Assembly (NCBI GenBank): GCA_039933635.1
Contig: JBDTNQ010000002.1
Span: forward strand, 41,560-105,559
Direction of reading: 5' to 3'
DNA: 64,000 nt
From: Acidobacteriota bacterium
GTDB taxonomy: Bacteria; Acidobacteriota; Vicinamibacteria; Vicinamibacterales; SCN-69-37
Made by a program: the position numbers and the translations under genes
In this document: piece after piece, positions 56,761 through 64,000 of the stretch
Position numbering within the stretch: position 1 is the stretch's first letter
How the letters are laid out: each line of letters starts with the position of its first letter
Notes under the pieces: generated by a model
Seen by the model: only the letters and a program-made list of their open reading frames with translations
Database searches by the model: none
Told to the model about the DNA's origin: nothing

Positions 56761-57675
56761 ATGCGCCGTTGCCGCCCCCTCGTCGTGACCTGTCTGTTGA
56801 GTCTGATGTCCGTTGGCCTGCTGGCGCAGCAGCCACCCCCCGCGCCCGTTCCTGGCGCGGGTCCCCGCGGACGCGGCCCCTTGGGCGGCGCGCAGGCCGG
56901 ATTCGTCCTGGCCCCGTCATTCGACACCACGCCGCCGACGTTGCCGAACGATTTGAAGTCGGGCGGCGTGCTGATCTTCTCGAAGACGAACGGCTACCGC
57001 GACGAGGCCTCGATGCGTGCCTCCGACGCGGCTCTGGTCGCCATCGCCGCCGTGCGCGGCTGGCCCGTGTTCGTGACGGAGAACGGCGCGGTCATGAACG
57101 ACACCCAGCTCGCCAGGTTCAACCTCGTGGTGTGGAACAACTCGAGCGGTGACGTGCTCACCGCCGAGCAGCGGGCGGCGTTCCGCGCCTGGGTCGAACG
57201 CGGCGGATCGTACCTGGGCATTCATGGCGCCGGCGGCGATCCGGTGATCAGCCAGGGCCACACATCCCTGGCGGACTGGAAGTGGTACGTGGACACGCTG
57301 GTGGGTGCGCAGTTCGTGGTGCACTCCTCAATCATGCCGGGTGACATTCACATCGAGGATCCGAAGAGCCCGATCACCAAGGGCCTGCCCGCGACATGGC
57401 ATCGCGCCGAGGAGTGGTACGCGTTCGAGAAGAGCCCGCGCGCCCTGCCGAGTGTCCGCATCCTCGCCACGGTGGACGAGAAGAGCTACACGCCTGGGCG
57501 CGCGACGATGGGCGGCGACCATCCGTTGGTGTGGTGGCACTGCGTAGACAAGGGGCACGCGGTCTACTCGGCGCTGGGCCATGCCGGCGAGATGTACGCG
57601 GAACCATTGATGATTCGGCTCCTCGACAACGCGATGGGCTGGCTCGTCGATGCGAGCGGAAAGCCCTGCAAATAG
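56761..57675 (+). CDS. ThuA-like (type 1 glutamine amidotransferase-fold) secreted protein
   Basis: Signal-like N-terminus MRRCRPLVVTCLLSLMSVGLLAQQ. GVLIFSKTNGYRDEAS...LVVWNNSSGDVLT...GGSYLGIHGAG resembles a ThuA domain. Confidence 0.6.
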   Translation: MRRCRPLVVTCLLSLMSVGLLAQQPPPAPVPGAGPRGRGPLGGAQAGFVLAPSFDTTPPTLPNDLKSGGVLIFSKTNGYRDEASMRASDAALVAIAAVRGWPVFVTENGAVMNDTQLARFNLVVWNNSSGDVLTAEQRAAFRAWVERGGSYLGIHGAGGDPVISQGHTSLADWKWYVDTLVGAQFVVHSSIMPGDIHIEDPKSPITKGLPATWHRAEEWYAFEKSPRALPSVRILATVDEKSYTPGRATMGGDHPLVWWHCVDKGHAVYSALGHAGEMYAEPLMIRLLDNAMGWLVDASGKPCK

Positions 57676-57722
57676 GGGTCACGGCCCCACACGAGATCCA
57701 GCCAAGGGCCCCGCGAACCCTA

Positions 57723-57728
57723 TATACT
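57723..57728 (+). promoter_or_regulatory. candidate -10 hexamer TATACT, 6 nt upstream of the typA ATG (possible leaderless transcript)
   Basis: TATACT at 57723-57728 matches TAnnnT. The A of the ATG at 57735 lies 7 nt after the hexamer, and there is no Shine-Dalgarno in between. Confidence 0.3.
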
Positions 57729-57734
57729 GATTAG

Positions 57735-59573
<1,839 letters not shown>

Positions 59574-59635
59574 GACTATTGCGGCGTTCGCGTGGGTATG
59601 ACCCGGCTGTTCGTCCACCGGTCGTTCGGGTCGCT

Positions 59636-60169
59636 CTATCCACCGAAGCGGTACACGGCACCGAACGTCCCACGCCAGAACGGAAACGTGTCGCCATCGA
59701 GCATCTGCCACCGTCCGCCCGTTTCGGCGCGAAACGCCCATCGGTCGGACAAGGTGAGATCGAGACCGATGCCGGTTTGGAGCGCACGCCCGGTGAAGAT
59801 GTCACCGTCGTAGTTCGAACGGTCCACTCCCGCAAGGAACTGGAAGTAGAGGGTTCCCGATGACCACGACCAACCTGCGCGGCCGCCTCCGAGCACGGCG
59901 GTTTCCGACACCGAAAACCCGTTGACCGTCTTGTAGTTGCCTCCAACGTCCGCGACTACGCTGAACCAGCGGTTCAGGTGGACGGCGGGCGACACCATCC
60001 AGCCCCACGTGGATGTTTGCTGGGCGGTATGGTCGCGAAGAATCGTGTAGCCCACTGCGACTTCGGCAGTGGGACGTTCCTGCGCCAACGCCGGAGCGGC
60101 GGTGACGATCACAGCAGTAGCAGCCACACACGCGCGCACGAAGTGCATGAGAGAGACTCCTGGGTTCAT
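59636..60169 (-). CDS. small outer-membrane beta-barrel protein (OmpW/OmpA-beta-barrel-like)
   Basis: Signal peptide ...AATAVIVTAAPALAQE. Alternating hydrophobic beta-strand pattern. C-terminal GAVYRFGG. Start may be ATG 60148. Confidence 0.55.
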   Translation of the reverse strand: MNPGVSLMHFVRACVAATAVIVTAAPALAQERPTAEVAVGYTILRDHTAQQTSTWGWMVSPAVHLNRWFSVVADVGGNYKTVNGFSVSETAVLGGGRAGWSWSSGTLYFQFLAGVDRSNYDGDIFTGRALQTGIGLDLTLSDRWAFRAETGGRWQMLDGDTFPFWRGTFGAVYRFGG

Positions 60170-61800
60170 TTCGTTGTCATCACACTGAGATGCGTCTTGG
60201 CCAGCGCATTCCGGCCGTCGACCTCGCTCAGCAGTTCGATCCGATTGCGGGCTTTCATGAAGCCCATGGTGATCTTCTGTTGGACGTAGTAGATATGTCC
60301 CGCCTCAACGCGCAGCGAGAGCACACTCGTGTTCTCGGCCGTCGAGCAGATCGCATGTTCGCCAGGCGAGACGGTTACGAAGAAGTAGTTGTTCCCTCGA
60401 TTCACCCCGACCCACTGCCCGTCGATGGCGAGCTTCGTCTGAATCTTGTTGCCGATCATCGTGGGCCGCACGACGTAGAGGACCCCCATTCCCGGCGGGG
60501 GTTCAGGTGTTGGGTGGCGTGTCTTGTCCGTGTCAGCTTCGTGTTTGGCGTTACCGGGCCCGCATCCGCGTGAATCAAAATCGACGGCGCCCGGCGTCGA
60601 CGGCGTCGTGGCGGCTGCGCTCGTGTCGGGATCCTGTCTCGCGGGCGCGGCCGTTGACGGAGCCGCGGACGCCGCGCCGGTGACGGGAGATGTCTGGACC
60701 GGGGCGGGCGCCGACACTGGTGCGGCCGCCGACACAGGGACCGCTGTCGCGCGCCGGGTAAAGTGCCAGCGGTACTCGCCGCGATTGTCCTTTCCGCTGC
60801 CGCTAATCGTCTGGCCGTCATCAGACAGCGTCCCGGTGCCCCGCCCGAGACTCCACGACTTCGCGGCTCCGCGGGCGATCACGGCTGTCTCCGACAACTC
60901 GATCCGCGTGCCGATCAACTGTCCGGCAACGTCCAGCTCGGAGTCGGCTCTTCCCGCCTGGGTCGTCACTGCAAGCGTGCCGGTAAAGCCCCGGACGTCC
61001 TGTCTCGCAATGTGCAGACGAGCCGGTGAGTCAGCGTATGTGCCAACCCATATCCCAACCAGACCACTGTCAGCCTGCGCGGCGCCGGCGACGGCGGGCG
61101 GGTCGGATGGCGACGTGGTGAGGTTCGTCGATCCGCCCATTGGCGTCGTGGGCGGGCCCGCGACGTTGTCCACGCTCAACGCAAGGCTGAGAGTCTCACC
61201 CGAACGCACGATGAGCGGCTGGTCCCATCGGTACGCGCGGCCCTGGAAATCGACCGTGCGTTCCGATGTCAGCGTGTACGTGCCCGCCGGTACGGTCGCA
61301 TCCAGCTGCCCATCGAAGCCCGTGACGAGCCGCAGCGGACCGCCGGATGCGGACGCGGACGTGAGCACGAGAACATGCCGAGGCACCGGCCTGATGTTCA
61401 ATTGGTCGTCTACCAGCGCCACCGATACGTGCACGCTTCCCGGCGGCCCCATCGCCTGCGCCGGTACCGCCTCGACCAGCAGGTTGTGCACAAAGCCTTC
61501 CCGGCCCGAGGAAACCACGCGCACCAGCACCCAGGCGCCCGCGTGGTCGACGACCTGCAATTCCTGTCCTTTGGTGAGTTCGGCCACGGCGGCCGCGTCA
61601 GCGGAGGCTTTCTCGCGCAGCGTGGCTCTCTCCGCAGACACGCGCATCACCCCTGGCGGCGACGAAGACTGCGCACCTGCCCTGACGGCGGTCGGATCGC
61701 CCCCCAGCAGGGCGATCAGACCGACGTGCGCGCAGGCCTTCGCCCACCGAGGCCACATGCCTCGGGCGCGGCGATGGGGTCGCGATGAAATAGAGCTCAT
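60166..61800 (-). CDS. secreted multidomain protein: SH3b-like, CarboxypepD_reg-like, Ala/Pro/Ser/Thr linker, DUF2846-like C-terminus
   Basis: SH3b-like region VSAERATLREKASADAAAVAELTKGQELQVVDHAGAWVLVRV. Low-complexity linker AAPVSAPAPVQTSPVTGAASAAPSTAAPA. C-terminus GVLYVVRPTMIGNKIQTKLAIDGQWVGVNRGNNYFFVTVSPGEH. Confidence 0.55.
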   Translation of the reverse strand: MSSISSRPHRRARGMWPRWAKACAHVGLIALLGGDPTAVRAGAQSSSPPGVMRVSAERATLREKASADAAAVAELTKGQELQVVDHAGAWVLVRVVSSGREGFVHNLLVEAVPAQAMGPPGSVHVSVALVDDQLNIRPVPRHVLVLTSASASGGPLRLVTGFDGQLDATVPAGTYTLTSERTVDFQGRAYRWDQPLIVRSGETLSLALSVDNVAGPPTTPMGGSTNLTTSPSDPPAVAGAAQADSGLVGIWVGTYADSPARLHIARQDVRGFTGTLAVTTQAGRADSELDVAGQLIGTRIELSETAVIARGAAKSWSLGRGTGTLSDDGQTISGSGKDNRGEYRWHFTRRATAVPVSAAAPVSAPAPVQTSPVTGAASAAPSTAAPARQDPDTSAAATTPSTPGAVDFDSRGCGPGNAKHEADTDKTRHPTPEPPPGMGVLYVVRPTMIGNKIQTKLAIDGQWVGVNRGNNYFFVTVSPGEHAICSTAENTSVLSLRVEAGHIYYVQQKITMGFMKARNRIELLSEVDGRNALAKTHLSVMTTK

Positions 61801-61809
61801 GAGATCACC

Positions 61810-63027
61810 TCATTCATAACGAACGGCTTCGACCGGTTCGAGTGCCGACGCCTGCACGGCCGGATACAACCCGAACGTCACACCGACCCCAGCCGACACG
61901 ACGAACGCGATCGCGACAGACGTGGCCGAGACGAGCGTGTGCCATCCGGCGTAGGCCGAGATGGCCCGTGCGGCGCCCGCGCCGAGCAGAATCCCCACCG
62001 CGCCGCCCGCCACGGTCATCACCAGGCTTTCGATCAGGAACTGGGCGCGGATGTGCCGGCGCGTAGCGCCCACGGTCCGGCGGATGCCAATCTCCGAGGT
62101 CCGCTCCATGACGGACGTGAGCATCACGTTCATGATCCCGATGCCCCCAACGAGGAGCGCCATCACCGCCACGCTGCCCACGACAACGGCGAACGTGCGG
62201 CGCGTACGGTCGTGCTGCGCAAGGAGGTGCCGCGGCACGACCACATCGAGGTCCGCCACGCCTCTCAGGTCCGTCAACGTCCGCGTCAGGATGCCCGCGA
62301 CGGCGTCGACGCGGCGGCCCTCCGCCACCTGCACCCACAGCTCGTCGACCGGCAGGGTCGGCGTGATCGCGAGACGTCGACCAGACAAGGACTCGATTGG
62401 CATCAGCACCACCTCGTCCATATCGCGCGCGGTCAAGGTACTCGGCGATTCAGCTGACGTCCGTTCGCCCGCGAGCACGCCAATCACCGTGAACATGTCG
62501 GCGCCGACCTGCACGCTCAGACCGACTGCCGATCGACCGCCGAACACCTGGCGCGCGATGGACGCGCCCAGCACGCAGACGCGCGGCGCCTTTTGATCGT
62601 CGATCGCCGCCAGCAGGCGTCCCTCGGTGACGGCGAGGCGCACGATGTGCTGGTAGTCCGCCCGCACGCCCAGTACGCGCACGGGCCTGGCCCCATCGAC
62701 GCCGGGGACGGTCATGACACGCTCAATCAGTGGAGTGATGACCGTGGCTTCTGGAATGAGTGCCCGTAGACGATCGGCGTCACCAGCCTCAAGCGGTCGA
62801 GCGGGGCGGCCGGCCCTTACGCTCTGCGCGCGCACGATCACGTTGTCGAGGCCGAGCCGTTCCACCTGGGCGAGCACGTCCTGTCGCGCGCCGCTGCTCA
62901 CCGAGGTCATCGCCACCACGCCGGCAACTCCGAACACCACGCCGAGAACGCTCAGCGCCGTGCGAAGCTTGTAACGGCCAAGCGCCTCGACAGCTTGGGC
63001 GACCTGACTCGCGTCAACGAGGCGCAA
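61810..63027 (-). CDS. ABC transporter permease, FtsX/MacB-type (no fused ATPase)
   Basis: N-terminal TM, a large periplasmic domain, then the FtsX motif IGIRRTVGATRRHIRAQFLIESLVMTVAGG. 405 aa. Confidence 0.8.
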   Translation of the reverse strand: MRLVDASQVAQAVEALGRYKLRTALSVLGVVFGVAGVVAMTSVSSGARQDVLAQVERLGLDNVIVRAQSVRAGRPARPLEAGDADRLRALIPEATVITPLIERVMTVPGVDGARPVRVLGVRADYQHIVRLAVTEGRLLAAIDDQKAPRVCVLGASIARQVFGGRSAVGLSVQVGADMFTVIGVLAGERTSAESPSTLTARDMDEVVLMPIESLSGRRLAITPTLPVDELWVQVAEGRRVDAVAGILTRTLTDLRGVADLDVVVPRHLLAQHDRTRRTFAVVVGSVAVMALLVGGIGIMNVMLTSVMERTSEIGIRRTVGATRRHIRAQFLIESLVMTVAGGAVGILLGAGAARAISAYAGWHTLVSATSVAIAFVVSAGVGVTFGLYPAVQASALEPVEAVRYE

Positions 63028-64000
63028 GGTCGCTCCCTCCGCGCAACGAGTCCGCGAGCTTCCGCAGTGGAGGGCCGACGGGCGGATGTGTCGCTCGCCC
63101 GGAGCGGGTGGGAAGATCCATCAGCGACACACGTTCGCCTTCGACCAGCCCGGCGATCACCTCGACGAACTGCGCGCTCGACTCGCCCACCGTCACGCTT
63201 CGCGCCTCAATGCCACCGCTGGCGACCACGTGACAAACGGATGCGCCGTCGCGCACGAAGACGGCGTTGACCGGAACGACCACGACCTGCCTCTTGGCCG
63301 CCAGCCGCACGTCGACACGCGCGGTCATCTCAGGGCGCAGATCGGCCCCGTCCACGGGATCGACGTCCACCACGACGTCGAAACGCTTCTCCTCTGATGA
63401 CCCGGACGAGACCTGGCGCGCGAGCGTGCCGACGCGAGCGACACGGCCGGTGAACGTCAGCGCCGGATACGCTTCGAGGCGGATTGTCGCGCCCTGGCCC
63501 AAGGCCAGCCGGTGCATGTCCCGCTCACTCGCCGACGTTTCCACGACCATGCGCGCGACCTCCGGAATCGTCACGATCCCCTGGCTCGCCGTCACCCGAT
63601 CACCCAGTCGTACCTTTCGCGGCGTACTGGCCGCGACGAAGGCCTCGTGCACGACGAGACCGGGCCGTTTCGCAAACAGACTGCTGGCCTCGACCTGCTG
63701 GTCGATCAGGGCGCCCCGTCCCTGGATGTCGGTGATGCGCGCGCGTACGTTCTCGCGTTGCGCCTGCTTCTGCGCCAGCTGGAGGTTCGCCTGTTCCAGC
63801 TCGCGGGGACGGGTCTTCGTCGTCAGCACCTCCGCCCGGCGGCTCGCCAAAGTCAGCTCTTCTTCGGCCTGATCGAGCGCCTCCGCCGTTCGGTCGAACT
63901 CGTCCCGAGTCAGAAAGCCTTTGGCCATCAAGGGCTCGAGCTCGGTCACTTCCTGACGCAGGCGATCGCGCTTGCGACGCGCGCGGTCGAGACGCGACTG
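63014..64000 (-). CDS. HlyD/MacA-family periplasmic adaptor subunit (N-terminus outside the window)
   Basis: The reading frame is open to the window edge. Coiled-coil region (QAEEELTLASRRAEVLTTKTRPRELEQANLQLAQKQAQ) followed by beta-barrel/MP domain VVVPVNAVFVRDGASVCHVV. Confidence 0.8.
   Translation of the reverse strand, partial: QSRLDRARRKRDRLRQEVTELEPLMAKGFLTRDEFDRTAEALDQAEEELTLASRRAEVLTTKTRPRELEQANLQLAQKQAQRENVRARITDIQGRGALIDQQVEASSLFAKRPGLVVHEAFVAASTPRKVRLGDRVTASQGIVTIPEVARMVVETSASERDMHRLALGQGATIRLEAYPALTFTGRVARVGTLARQVSSGSSEEKRFDVVVDVDPVDGADLRPEMTARVDVRLAAKRQVVVVPVNAVFVRDGASVCHVVASGGIEARSVTVGESSAQFVEVIAGLVEGERVSLMDLPTRSGRATHPPVGPPLRKLADSLRGGSDLAPR

Overview
High-GC (roughly 68-70% by eye) bacterial chromosomal window with a didermic gene content: an outer-membrane beta-barrel, a HlyD adaptor and a GT9 heptosyltransferase-like gene. 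Phylum cannot be determined from sequence alone; Acidobacteriota or Gemmatimonadota-like is only a guess.

Layout:
(1) 1-9918, minus strand: a classical dcw cell-wall/division operon, mraZ-rsmH-ftsL-ftsI-murE-murF-mraY-murD-ftsW. A near-consensus sigma70-type promoter sits upstream of mraZ. An unusual 266-bp murD-ftsW spacer carries a 22-bp perfect inverted repeat.
(2) 10084-45628, with outliers to 50166: a very large glycan-assembly supercluster, diverging from mraZ.
- 22 co-directional genes (10084-37348) are mostly translationally coupled, followed by one inverted GT2 gene and a second six-gene block.
- Membrane and glycosyltransferase content: eight multi-pass GT-C-like (ArnT/PMT-like) proteins, five Dpm1/GtrB/ArnC-like GT2 polyprenyl-phosphate-sugar synthases, three GT4, one GT9 and an unknown 600-aa protein.
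- Tailoring and other content: two SDR epimerase/dehydratases, a DegT-type aminotransferase, three radical SAM enzymes (two SPASM/twitch-type, one B12-binding), two methyltransferases, a GNAT, a deacetylase-like protein, a Wzx-like flippase and a secreted protein with a Pro/Ser/Thr-rich tail.
- I could not recognise an initiating phosphoglycosyltransferase, Wzy/Wzz, Wza/Wzc or Wzm/Wzt. This cluster is the main candidate for an undescribed periplasmic glycosylation system.
(3) 45706-50461: yqeY, murJ, a rhomboid protease coupled to another GT-C, and a cupin.
(4) 50534-64000: a fused E1 alpha/beta dehydrogenase, an FAD monooxygenase, a large secreted beta-helix/VCBS-repeat protein, ThuA-like, typA, and a minus-strand operon HlyD adaptor - FtsX-type permease - SH3/DUF2846-like protein - OM beta-barrel.

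I saw no rRNA, tRNA, CRISPR array, transposase or integrase. All family calls are by-eye motif recognition on the supplied ORF translations; no searches were run.
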